Shown here piece by piece: positions 1-8,239 of a stretch of 33,617 nt of DNA (the first letter of the stretch is position 1; each line of letters opens with the position of its first letter). Source of the stretch: a virus (lineage: Duplodnaviria; Caudoviricetes). The notes beneath the pieces are model-generated. The model was not told the origin of the DNA. It was given only the letters and a program-made list of their open reading frames with translations, and ran no database searches. Both the position numbers and the translations under genes were made by a program. Where the stretch lies: IMG/VR virus record IMGVR_UViG_3300032219_000876, positions 1 through 33,617 of that record; one strand, given 5' to 3'.

Positions 1-12
1 AGTATGTTAACC
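1..12. repeat. Terminal direct repeat, left copy (AGTATGTTAACC); candidate cos cohesive end
   Basis: First 12 nt are identical to the last 12 nt (33606-33617). Confidence 0.85.
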
Positions 13-61
13 CCCGATAGTCAAACATTTACGGAAGCCTCCTAAATTTTTACAAAAGTTT

Positions 62-598
62 TTACGCATTGAGCTTCGCGTAAAGTTCTGCGATCGGCTT
101 GATTGCAACGCGCAACGATTCCCGCTCATCGTGTCGCCATTGCTCCATCGGCTTACGTGCGAATAGGTCAGCAACCGAGCGTTGCAGCTTACCTGCATAG
201 GTAAGCCAATGCGTGCTTGCGCCCGTCGTGCGTTCTGGATCGTTCTCCTCTCGACCCGATGAACCTGGAGGCGGTAGGATGCCGAGCATCTGCGCGCCGA
301 GTTTTGCCATGTCGGCTGGCCACAAATCAAGCTCAAGTTGATCTCGGTTGCGTGCTAGATGTATCGCCTTAGCTGCCTTGTCTGCATCGATGCCGAGCGA
401 TGCGAGCCACTCGGCTCGGTTGCCTCGGACGTGATCTTTGGCGACCATGAGCATCTGCCCACAATCTGCCATGCGCAGCACCGCGGCGCGTGCGTTGCCC
501 TTGGCAGTTACTGCTAGGGCGTTGGCTTCCGCGTATGCGTTGCGTATCTCTGTTTCAATTGCTGGCAGGGTGAGTGCCGTTATTTCGTTTGTGTCCAT
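62..598 (-). CDS. Hypothetical phage protein, possibly DUF3102-like
   Basis: 178-aa ORF on the coding strand; segment CGQMLMVAKDHVRGNRAEWL resembles the DUF3102 pattern. Confidence 0.55.
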   Translation of the reverse strand: MDTNEITALTLPAIETEIRNAYAEANALAVTAKGNARAAVLRMADCGQMLMVAKDHVRGNRAEWLASLGIDADKAAKAIHLARNRDQLELDLWPADMAKLGAQMLGILPPPGSSGREENDPERTTGASTHWLTYAGKLQRSVADLFARKPMEQWRHDERESLRVAIKPIAELYAKLNA

Positions 599-995
599 AT
601 TTATTGGTGTTTGTTTTGCGGTATGTGTTGCGAGCCTCCTCGCTTTTCAAAGATGTGCTAGGCGGAAGGCCCGAAGTGTCGAGGAAGTCCATTGCGATCT
701 TCGAGATCGCCTGCTTTGTGCAGCCTAGTTCGCGTCCTGCTTCGAGCATGGACATACCCGCGGTTAACGGATGACCAAGCGCGAATGCAACGCCCCAGAG
801 AGTTTTGCTTCTGGAGTAGCCATGCTCCGCTAAGAAGCTGATCGTTTTGTTCAGAACAACCAGAAGTTTCTCCGATGCTTCTCTGTAGGCAGTCATGCGG
901 AATGCGTGACCGGCAGTAGGATCGTCGAACGAATAAAAGTCTGGCGTATACGAAGCCTCGTCGTATTCCGCCGCGTCTCGCGTCAAGTCGTCCAT
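555..995 (-). CDS. HTH protein resembling sigma70 region 4; candidate late transcription regulator
   Basis: Motif GMSMLEAGRELGCTKQAISKIA; located between the replication genes and the packaging end. Start placed at ATG 995 (track start 1031). Confidence 0.6.
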   Translation of the reverse strand: MDDLTRDAAEYDEASYTPDFYSFDDPTAGHAFRMTAYREASEKLLVVLNKTISFLAEHGYSRSKTLWGVAFALGHPLTAGMSMLEAGRELGCTKQAISKIAMDFLDTSGLPPSTSLKSEEARNTYRKTNTNKYGHKRNNGTHPASN

Positions 996-1043
996 CGAGT
1001 TTTGGTTTCGCATATTTTTTTTGCATTGCAAATTATTTCTTGT

Positions 1044-1238
1044 TTATTTGGGAACGACCTGTGGATTCGCTCCGTGGCTTTTTGCAAAGGCCACAGCTTC
1101 TTGAATGCTCTGAAAACATATTTGCTCTGTGTCTTCTGGCCAAACAAGGTGACCCATCATGATATGCCAAATATCAGTCCACTTGTTTTTGACTACACGC
1201 ACCGGGGTAAAGTTAAATTCAATTTGAGTCTCTTTCAT
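1044..1238 (-). CDS. Hypothetical protein
   Basis: 64-aa ORF whose start overlaps the helicase stop codon. Confidence 0.55.
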   Translation of the reverse strand: MKETQIEFNFTPVRVVKNKWTDIWHIMMGHLVWPEDTEQICFQSIQEAVAFAKSHGANPQVVPK

Positions 1239-2497
1239 TTAACGCTCCTATCGACAAAGCGACTGATGCCGCCTTGCATTAGCACCGGAGCGGAGATGTG
1301 ACGTTCTCCGTTTCGGTTTTTCATAAGTTTGATTTCGGTGTCGGGGTGATTTGCATGATCGATGTGCAAAACATAATCGGCGTGATGCCCGATGCCCCGT
1401 GACTCGCGTAGCTCTCCCTTGTCGTTTAGTTGGGATGCGGTCAAGACGCAAACATTAAGATGCAACGCCATCAGCTTGAGTCGGCGCACAACCTCGCTCA
1501 CCTGTTGCTCGCGTGTCTCGCTCTTGCTATCTGCGGACGGCGAGCAAAGCTGGATGTAATCCACCACCACCCAATCAAGGCCGGTGCGCTTTTGTTGTCT
1601 ACAAAGCGACTCGATAGTGTCGATATCCGATACTTGGTCGTGCAGAGTGATCGGTAGTGCCGAGATGTCCGCGATGCCCATTTTCATGCCGTTGACCTGT
1701 GCCGTGCTTGGTTTTTCGTAGGCTGAGACGCAACGCCATCCGCTTTGCGCGGCGACTAGGCGTCCGATGACCTGCGTTGCGCTCATCTCTAGCGAGAAGA
1801 TCACCCCCGACTTGGCGTTTAAAGCCCCGTGTAGCGCAGTTTGAAGCAAAGCAATGGATTTACCGCCCGAAGTCTCCGAAGCGAAGACAGCGAGCGTCCC
1901 ACGCTCAAAACCGCCGTTTAGTTTTTCGTCGAGACCCGAGACGCCGGTTCGGAACCGCTCTGGCGGCGTTGTTTTCTCAAGTTCGCTTAACAGCGTCAGG
2001 CATTGTTGCCGGATCGTTTGCGCCGTGGTCGTCTCCTCTTCACCCTCGGTTAGGTGTTGAGCGATGCCGTTTAGGTCGGCACGCATCTCGCGAATGTCGT
2101 CTCTGCTTTCGGCGAGCTTCGACATTGCCTTGCGATACCGCCGAGCCTTGAGCAGGTCTTTACGGAAATGCAAAGCAGCCTCGACGTCGCCTGTCGGGTA
2201 GGCGGTAAATGCCTCGGTGATGTTGTCGTAGCCTCCAACCTCAAACAACAGCCCTTTCTCCTCCAGCACCGCCTGGAGTCGGAAAATATCGGCCTTGTAT
2301 CCTTCGTGGTGACACTCTTTGGCCGCCGAGAGGAGTTCTCGGTTGCCGCTGTTGAAAAACAGATCCGCGTCCCACCTCGCGGCATCGAGCACTTCGTAGT
2401 TCTGAAGAATGATGCTGATCGCGGCCTTTTCCGCGCTCGGTGCTGTTGGGACTGTCGACCTTGTGCTGACTGATTCTTGTCTTTTTAAAATTGCCAT
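1235..2497 (-). CDS. dnaB: DnaB-like replicative helicase
   Basis: N-terminal PSAEKAAISIIL, Walker A ASETSGGKS, IFSLEM, VVVDYIQL, ASQLN, LRESRGIGHHAD and KNRNG motifs. Confidence 0.92.
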   Translation of the reverse strand: MAILKRQESVSTRSTVPTAPSAEKAAISIILQNYEVLDAARWDADLFFNSGNRELLSAAKECHHEGYKADIFRLQAVLEEKGLLFEVGGYDNITEAFTAYPTGDVEAALHFRKDLLKARRYRKAMSKLAESRDDIREMRADLNGIAQHLTEGEEETTTAQTIRQQCLTLLSELEKTTPPERFRTGVSGLDEKLNGGFERGTLAVFASETSGGKSIALLQTALHGALNAKSGVIFSLEMSATQVIGRLVAAQSGWRCVSAYEKPSTAQVNGMKMGIADISALPITLHDQVSDIDTIESLCRQQKRTGLDWVVVDYIQLCSPSADSKSETREQQVSEVVRRLKLMALHLNVCVLTASQLNDKGELRESRGIGHHADYVLHIDHANHPDTEIKLMKNRNGERHISAPVLMQGGISRFVDRSVK

Positions 2498-2524
2498 CTT
2501 TTCCTTTGTTTTGTTTTACCCCTT

Positions 2525-2597
2525 GGCTCGCCTCTCGCTCTAAGCGAGAGAGGCGAAGCCTATCTATCTCTGATAAGAGATAGATATTCTATCTATC
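2525..2597. other. Clustered inverted repeats next to the iterons (putative origin element)
   Basis: CTCTCGCT-cta-AGCGAGAG (2532-2550); TATCTATCTCT-gata-AGAGATAGATA (2561-2586); overlapping alternative GATAGATA-ttc-TATCTATC (2579-2597). Confidence 0.7.
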
Positions 2598-2617
2598 TAG
2601 GACTGACATGGTTTGTG

Positions 2618-2672
2618 TTGGGTTTCATTTGGGTTTCGTTTGGGTTTCACTTGGGTTTCGTTTGGGTTATTT
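2618..2672. repeat. Five tandem 11-bp iteron-like repeats; putative replication origin
   Basis: TTGGGTTTCAT, TTGGGTTTCGT, TTGGGTTTCAC, TTGGGTTTCGT, TTGGGTTATTT between the initiator-like gene and dnaB. Confidence 0.8.
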
Positions 2673-3036
2673 ACAGACGCATTCCTGTTGGTTTTTTTGC
2701 AGGCTTCGGAGTGTCACTTTTCGGACGGCCTCCTTTTTTTCCGTTGCGATAATTTGCGAACAATTTCTTGTTCTGATCCTGCCATTGGTGCAAGACAAGC
2801 GCGTCTCCTTCTCGCCTTGCGTAGCCACTTTCGACAAGCGCATTTTCGAGTTGCATCGGGTCGCCTTCCCAATCTGCTATCGCTGCGATGATATCCGCTG
2901 TCTTTTCGATCCGCTCGGACTTACGGAATTGGCATTGCGACCAGAGCTTCAGTAGCGAAAACACGCCTGCGTGACCGGCTAGGCGTAGCAGGATTTTCGT
3001 TTTGTAGTGGTCGCAGAAGTCAGGCGAGAGAATCAT
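2671..3036 (-). CDS. Phage replication initiator / replisome organizer-like protein (short)
   Basis: HYKTKILL..LKLWSQC..LHQWQDQN..NGKKGGRPK pattern; lies directly upstream of the iterons and helicase. Confidence 0.7.
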   Translation of the reverse strand: MILSPDFCDHYKTKILLRLAGHAGVFSLLKLWSQCQFRKSERIEKTADIIAAIADWEGDPMQLENALVESGYARREGDALVLHQWQDQNKKLFANYRNGKKGGRPKSDTPKPAKKPTGMRL

Positions 3037-3220
3037 GTTTTTTCTTCTTTAAATACCGCTGCAATACCTCGTCGGCCTCCTCCTCGATCCATCGCGTGGA
3101 CTGAGTTACAACCTCAATCCACTTTCCGTCAATCTGGATTTCCCAGTCCCATCGCTCGCAATCGTCTTGATGGTTCGGCCAACACCGGAGCGGATAGCCG
3201 CGCCACACTTGATTATTCAT
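3020..3220 (-). CDS. Hypothetical protein
   Basis: 66-aa ORF, ATGA-coupled to the upstream gene. Confidence 0.55.
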   Translation of the reverse strand: MNNQVWRGYPLRCWPNHQDDCERWDWEIQIDGKWIEVVTQSTRWIEEEADEVLQRYLKKKKHDSLA

Positions 3221-3420
3221 CTGCGTCCTTTTTTTGAAAGCGAATGCCGCTCAACATAGTTTTGGATTTTTTGTAAGTCATGTTCCGCGAGTGCTCTCCC
3301 CTCCGGTGTGTCGTCGTATGTGTGTTGATATACTGGCATAGGATCGCTTCTTTCAAGGCGTAGGCCAATAGGACATTCATTCATACAAATGACCAACCGG
3401 AGCGAGAGAGTTCCGTTCAT
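3217..3420 (-). CDS. Hypothetical protein
   Basis: 67-aa ORF tightly packed after the SSB gene. Confidence 0.55.
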   Translation of the reverse strand: MNGTLSLRLVICMNECPIGLRLERSDPMPVYQHTYDDTPEGRALAEHDLQKIQNYVERHSLSKKGRR

Positions 3421-3423
3421 TTT

Positions 3424-3930
3424 TTAGAACGGGATGTCGTCGGTTTCGTCAGCGGGTTGAGCAACGAAACCATTGCTTTTGGCGACGATATGCTTGTCGG
3501 TCTTGGCGGCTGGCTTGCGCCGGTTGCCGAGCCACTTTGCTTTCTCGTCGCCGAAGAGCCAACGTTCGACGCAGTTGAATTGGTGCTCTGGATTGGTCTG
3601 CCCTGCCTCGACGCCGAGGACGCAGACGCCTTTTTCGCCTATCAAGTCTTCTGCTTCGACCGTGACGTCTTCGCCTGGTATGACTGCGCGACCGATGCTG
3701 GACAGCACTTGATCCACTTTCCACGCCGCTTTCGGAGTGAAGGTGAGATGCTCCCACATTGTCGGCCCTGTCGTGCCGTTGTCGAGTAGGACGGCGACAT
3801 CCAACTTGATCGTTGGGTTTCCTGCTTGGCTCGTCTTCTCAACGGCTTTGATAATTTCAACTTCGTATGTTCCCGGCTCTACGAAGTAGATGGCCGCTTG
3901 TTTCGGTTCACTTGCTTTGTATGTTGGCAT
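3424..3930 (-). CDS. Single-stranded DNA-binding protein, DUF669-like
   Basis: PGTYEVEIIKAVEKTSQAGNPTIKL N-terminus and acidic DDIPF C-terminal tip. Confidence 0.8.
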   Translation of the reverse strand: MPTYKASEPKQAAIYFVEPGTYEVEIIKAVEKTSQAGNPTIKLDVAVLLDNGTTGPTMWEHLTFTPKAAWKVDQVLSSIGRAVIPGEDVTVEAEDLIGEKGVCVLGVEAGQTNPEHQFNCVERWLFGDEKAKWLGNRRKPAAKTDKHIVAKSNGFVAQPADETDDIPF

Positions 3931-3940
3931 TTTGTATTTT

Positions 3941-4945
3941 CTATTTTATTTTTGTTTGGCGTAACTGCGTTGTCGGTGATCCCGCCTTGATCGCCGATGT
4001 GTCTGGCTCTACGCCGTTGTTGGCGCAAAGTTCTAGATAACTTTCCTCTGACATATTCCCGCCCATCGCGAGAATCAATGTCTCCTTGGTGATGTTCTGC
4101 GATGCTTTGGCAATAGCGTCAGCCTCGACGAACTTGCGTCCGCTTACGCTTGTCAGTTTCCATCCGGCCACTTCTTCGCCGTTTTCAAGACGCGTTTTGA
4201 GATGACCAAGTAACGGCTTCGCGATCTCCTTCTCGGCTAGCTTCCATTCTTTCGCGAATGCTCCGAGAGTTTCGGGCGTTGAAAGGATGCGATCCTTTAT
4301 CGCCTCGATGCTGTTGCCTGTCATGTCTGGGATGAGAGCGATAGCACTCTCAGCCTGCCGCACGATGGCATGGCAATTGCTGTAATGCTTGCACCAGCTA
4401 CAATACTCGGAAGGCGTCGGCTGCGCCTCCGCGCTTGTTGCGCGGTCGATTGTGCGCTGCGTTCCTTGCTTGGCTTCTTCGTAGGTGAATTCGTAGCTGC
4501 GAATTAACTTTTGATCGACATATATGACGTGAGCAGTCCAGCTAGTCTCGAAATTATCTTCCATGCACGCTAAAGAGTATGCCTGAAGCTGATCTCTGTA
4601 ATTTCGTAATTGCCCTGTTTTGATATCTGCGACCCACTTCTCGGCTTTGCAGACGGCGTCTGCTGTTCCGAGTTTACTAAGCCCAGGAACTGCCATCGCG
4701 AGGTATTCCTCGCGAGTCTCCACGAACGATCCTTTTGCTAGGCGCGTCAGTTGCTCGACGCCGTAGGCGATAGCTCCGGCGTCTTCGCCTATGATTGCAA
4801 CGTCATGTTCTGCCGATATGCAGTTGCGGATCGCAAGGTCGATAGCTGTGCCGCGCTCTGCCGCCGAGCTTGTGCCTCCTGCGCCTTCAAACAAGGCGCA
4901 TTCAGCGAGTTTGGGCAGGGATGATGGTGATATTTCTTTGCTCAT
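3941..4945 (-). CDS. PD-(D/E)XK exonuclease (Cas4-like / DUF2800-like)
   Basis: SPSSL..C, AAERGT, GTADAV, VADIKTG, QLQAYS and CSWCKHYSNC motifs. Start at ATG 4945 overlapping the upstream stop. Confidence 0.8.
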   Translation of the reverse strand: MSKEISPSSLPKLAECALFEGAGGTSSAAERGTAIDLAIRNCISAEHDVAIIGEDAGAIAYGVEQLTRLAKGSFVETREEYLAMAVPGLSKLGTADAVCKAEKWVADIKTGQLRNYRDQLQAYSLACMEDNFETSWTAHVIYVDQKLIRSYEFTYEEAKQGTQRTIDRATSAEAQPTPSEYCSWCKHYSNCHAIVRQAESAIALIPDMTGNSIEAIKDRILSTPETLGAFAKEWKLAEKEIAKPLLGHLKTRLENGEEVAGWKLTSVSGRKFVEADAIAKASQNITKETLILAMGGNMSEESYLELCANNGVEPDTSAIKAGSPTTQLRQTKIK

Positions 4946-5871
4946 TTGTTTGCTTTCCTCCACTCGATAGCCGTGTTTATAAACTGATCAACTCGAAGCG
5001 CAACGCGCTCCAGATACTCTGGTGCGCAGTCACGCCACGTCTGCTCGCTCGTAAGGACGCCGCGCCCGATTAGGAACTGGTTGACCGCGCCTTCGTTCTC
5101 TGCGAGCCGTGATTGCCATCCGACCATTTCGTCGACTTCAACGATATGCTTCGGCTGTTTAGTTGCAACGGCCTCGAATAGATGCGAGACCGATGCCCAC
5201 TCAAGCGGCAACTCCTCTGCAAGTCCGCTACGGGTCTTCGCGTCGTAGGCCGCGCTGTGCGTGGTTAACAAGATGCGTTCCTTGCCGCCGATGCCTTTGC
5301 CTTTGCCGGTCTCGCTTGTGCTGACTTTGGTTTTGAACCGCAGGAACCAGAGTTCATCCGCGAACTCTTTGAGCAACGGCGAGCTTTGCTTGCTTAGTTT
5401 CAGTTCGTATCGGTCGTATGCGGCGAGCGCGTCTGGTGCTTCAAAGCGCACTATTTTCGAGTGCGCGATAAGAACCACGTTCTTACCGGCGTCGATGAGT
5501 TGATCGATGGATGACAGCATCCGACTCATGCGCTCTGCGACCATAACCCACCCCTTACCGAAGCCGAAATCCTCGATGCTGTTTTTTTTGCTGGTGGTGA
5601 GCAGGTCTTCAACGCATAGGCGTTCTGCCCAGTCTGCCGAATCGATGACAATGGTTTTGTAATCGGTCGCCTTGACCTCAGCCAATGCGTCCGTGAGTTG
5701 CTTCCAGCTGTTGATCTCGCATCGATCAACGTCAAGATGTGACGTGCCTTGCTCGATGTCCAAGAATAGCGGCTTCGGGAACTTGGCCGCGAATGTTGAT
5801 TTGCCTACCGATTCGACGCCGTAAAGAACTACGCGCTGGGCGCGTTGTTGTTTTCCTTTTGTTATTTTCAT
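4942..5871 (-). CDS. AAA_24 family ATPase (Sak4-like recombinase)
   Basis: LYGVESVGKSTFA, FLDIEQG, TIVIDSAD, VLIAH and AKTR motifs; neighbours an exonuclease and an SSB. Confidence 0.88.
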   Translation of the reverse strand: MKITKGKQQRAQRVVLYGVESVGKSTFAAKFPKPLFLDIEQGTSHLDVDRCEINSWKQLTDALAEVKATDYKTIVIDSADWAERLCVEDLLTTSKKNSIEDFGFGKGWVMVAERMSRMLSSIDQLIDAGKNVVLIAHSKIVRFEAPDALAAYDRYELKLSKQSSPLLKEFADELWFLRFKTKVSTSETGKGKGIGGKERILLTTHSAAYDAKTRSGLAEELPLEWASVSHLFEAVATKQPKHIVEVDEMVGWQSRLAENEGAVNQFLIGRGVLTSEQTWRDCAPEYLERVALRVDQFINTAIEWRKANK

Positions 5872-6314
5872 TTTCTATTTTCCTTTTTGTTGTTCGCTGC
5901 ATAAACGGCCACAGCGAGTGCCGCCCACGAATGGGATTTTATGCCGTAGGTTGGCCCCGGCTGGGCCTTTGTTCCCTGCGGCCCGATGAGATCGAGCAAG
6001 GCTTGGCGAATGTTCGCGTCCTTGGCTCGCATCGTGCCACAAAGAAAAAGTTTAATATCCTTCCGAAAGATTAACTCGACGTCCACTCGTGCCACTTCGA
6101 TGAATCTCCCGATCCAGACGCACGTTTCGAATGTCGAAGCACCGACCGCCATGCCGTAGCTAGCGATCATCTCGCAGGCGCAACGGTCGTATTCGCGACC
6201 GATAAGCACCTGCCGCATCTCCGCATTCGGAATGTGGCCGTGGTCGATCACCTTGCCGTTGTGAAACTGCACAAACGCCGAGTGCGTTGTGCCTGGGTCA
6301 ATCGCGAGGTTCAT
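5868..6314 (-). CDS. RuvC-like Holliday junction resolvase
   Basis: LAIDPGTTHSA N-terminus, CEMIASYG, AKDANIRQAL and C-terminal WAALAVA. Confidence 0.75.
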   Translation of the reverse strand: MNLAIDPGTTHSAFVQFHNGKVIDHGHIPNAEMRQVLIGREYDRCACEMIASYGMAVGASTFETCVWIGRFIEVARVDVELIFRKDIKLFLCGTMRAKDANIRQALLDLIGPQGTKAQPGPTYGIKSHSWAALAVAVYAANNKKENRK

Positions 6315-6552
6315 GAGCCTTCGTTCTGATTTTGTCGGCGGGCAGGTTAAGTGCTTCGCAAATTTGAATAAATGCTTTCGAATTTAGGAAAATTCGTGAA
6401 GTCTTGCGATTCTCAGCAGCATACGCATTGGCGTATGCGCTTTTATACGTCCTGTTATGCCGTAAATCCTCGACCGCTTGACCAATTAACGCGCAAGCTA
6501 GGCTCCGAATAAACATATTTTCGATTTCAAGTTGATCCTCATCGTTTAACAT
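6298..6552 (-). CDS. Hypothetical phage protein
   Basis: LACALIGQAVEDL..FLNS..FIQICEALNL pattern typical of small phage proteins. Start at ATG 6552. Confidence 0.6.
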   Translation of the reverse strand: MLNDEDQLEIENMFIRSLACALIGQAVEDLRHNRTYKSAYANAYAAENRKTSRIFLNSKAFIQICEALNLPADKIRTKAHEPRD

Positions 6553-6698
6553 TGCCCGTTGCGTCTCTCCCGTTCGCGCCACCACCGGCGCATCTCCTCG
6601 GCGCGGGTCATCGCTTTGGCGTTGCCGAGGATGTAGCCTGCCGCAAATGAGAGGAGGCTACAGGCAACAAAAAGGATTAAGAATTCGAGTGAGTTCAT
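6546..6698 (-). CDS. Small single-pass membrane protein (50 aa, absent from the ORF track)
   Basis: Translated by hand: MNSLEFLILFVACSLLSFAAGYILGNAKAMTRAEEMRRWWRERERRNGQC; fills the gap between its neighbours. Confidence 0.65.
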   Translation of the reverse strand: MNSLEFLILFVACSLLSFAAGYILGNAKAMTRAEEMRRWWRERERRNGQC

Positions 6699-6704
6699 AT
6701 TTTT

Positions 6705-7103
6705 TTAGATGTTGTAGAATTTTGCGCGGACTCCGGCGAGAGCGGTTTTTTCTTGATCGGCGTTGAGTCCGACCTTTATACCGCCGTCTTGGTTCGGGAA
6801 AAGCTCAACACGTTCGATGCTGGTAACATACCAGAACGAGCCTCCACGAACTGCTTTGATCCGGTTTGCTATGCGTGTATATTTGTAGGCTCTTGCAACC
6901 GATCCGCCTGATGTATATGTCATCTCGGCTCCGATGCGTGATGATTTAGATATTCCGAATTCGGCCAGTTGGCGTTCGCAAAATTCTGTCGCATTCAAGA
7001 TATCCATTGCGGAGGCGGTTGAGGTGTTTGCCTTGCCGTTTACTTTGTCTAGGGAGTCGGAGAGTTCTCGGCTTTTGGTGTTGAGTGCAATTTTGATTTT
7101 CAT
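6705..7103 (-). CDS. Hypothetical protein, first gene of the putative early operon
   Basis: 132-aa ORF preceded by an A/C-rich leader and an AT-rich intergenic region. Confidence 0.7.
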   Translation of the reverse strand: MKIKIALNTKSRELSDSLDKVNGKANTSTASAMDILNATEFCERQLAEFGISKSSRIGAEMTYTSGGSVARAYKYTRIANRIKAVRGGSFWYVTSIERVELFPNQDGGIKVGLNADQEKTALAGVRAKFYNI

Positions 7104-7277
7104 TTTTGGTTTTCTGTTTTTGGTTCCTCGTCGGAGGGTTCATCCCTCGTTCGATGTGCAAACCTTCTTTCATCTCCGAAAAGATGAAAAGAAAAATTTT
7201 CAAGAAGTGCGAAAATAAATTTGAAAAAAAATCTTTACAAACGCGCACAACCAATGCCAGAGCGGTTCCGATTGGTT
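7104..7277 (-). promoter_or_regulatory. AT-rich control region upstream of the early/replication operon
   Basis: One of the two longest intergenic gaps; long A/T tracts; inverted repeats TTTCATCT-ccgaaa-AGATGAAA (7168-7189) and AACCAAT..ATTGGTT (7249-7277). No clean -35/-10 pair identified. Confidence 0.5.
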
Positions 7278-7559
7278 TTACTGCTTAACAAGAGGGCGAT
7301 AAAAATTCACATTCCAGCGGCGTCCATTGACCAAAATTTTGGCTACTTTTTTTTCGAGGACGCCTGAGCGGACGCCTTTCTCGGCGAGCTGTCGACCGGC
7401 TTCGCCTTTGAGTTTAGAAATCTCGGAAATTTCCATGTTTGTCATCCAGCCCTCCTTTTTCATTTCGGCGGGGTCGCAAACTGCGACATCCTCGAAAAAT
7501 GCACTCCAGGCTTTGTTCAGATCGGCAGAAGCCAGGGCTGATTGATTTTTCTTTCGCAT
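7278..7559 (-). CDS. Hypothetical protein, possible winged-HTH
   Basis: EGWMTNMEISEISKL..GVLEKK..NFYRP. Start estimated at ATG 7559. Confidence 0.5.
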   Translation of the reverse strand: MRKKNQSALASADLNKAWSAFFEDVAVCDPAEMKKEGWMTNMEISEISKLKGEAGRQLAEKGVRSGVLEKKVAKILVNGRRWNVNFYRPLVKQ

Positions 7560-8239
7560 AAATTTACGGTGATCGAATTGTCTTTGTAATACCCATACGC
7601 AAAACCCTGCGACCACGCGAATGTTGCTCGGCGTGTCGAAGCGTATTCCATATCGAAACGCGCTAGCATTCCGACGCAATAGCCACTCGCGCCGTCGAGC
7701 GTGCGAGCGCGTTCCCAGCCTACGCGGTGAAGATGCGCAATCACGCATTGGCCGTAGGTCTCCGCGTGATGTTTAATAGCCTGCTCGTTATACATATATC
7801 CGTGCAAAAACTTCGTTCTGCCTAGCTCATAGAAGCTCCGAATATGATACGGATATAGCCGCGCCTTGAGTTCCTTCGCGCTCTTCTCGATGGCTTGGAT
7901 GGTGAGCGTGGCGGCGTGAGCCGCAAGCGCGTTTGGCGAGGCGGCGAGCTTGTAGAGCCGCGCTTCGTGGTTCCCGAAGAGAATGTGCTGCGGGCGGAGT
8001 TCGTAGAGGAAATCAATACCGGCAGAAAGATCGTCGCTGACGCTGGCTGCGCGATCTGCTGAGTTAGGGTCGTTCACCGCACCGGAGCGAAACGCAGCTA
8101 GGTCTAGGAAGTCGCCGAGATGAATGGTCGTGTCCGGCTTCCAGCGGTCTTTGAACGTCAAGACGGCCTTGCGGGCCTCTGGGTCAACCTGGTCGCCGTG
8201 AGAGCATCCGACCGCCATCCATTTTTTCCATCCCTTCAT
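7517..8239 (-). CDS. Calcineurin-like metallophosphoesterase
   Basis: GCSHG, HLGDFLD, GNHE, FLHG and AHLHR motifs. Confidence 0.85.
   Translation of the reverse strand: MKGWKKWMAVGCSHGDQVDPEARKAVLTFKDRWKPDTTIHLGDFLDLAAFRSGAVNDPNSADRAASVSDDLSAGIDFLYELRPQHILFGNHEARLYKLAASPNALAAHAATLTIQAIEKSAKELKARLYPYHIRSFYELGRTKFLHGYMYNEQAIKHHAETYGQCVIAHLHRVGWERARTLDGASGYCVGMLARFDMEYASTRRATFAWSQGFAYGYYKDNSITVNLCERKINQPWLLPI

Noticed and set aside
1949-1964. 16-bp inverted match to 7256-7271
   Set aside because: A single pair with one copy inside dnaB coding sequence and no invertase gene; plausibly chance
2618-2672. Tandem repeats as a mini CRISPR array
   Set aside because: The 11-bp units are contiguous with no spacers, and the Cas4-like nuclease belongs to the recombination module
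2692-2698. A7 run near the end of the initiator gene as a -1 frameshift into the iteron-coded frame
   Set aside because: The shifted frame stops about 30 codons later (TAG near 2597-2599) and adds no domain; no supporting evidence
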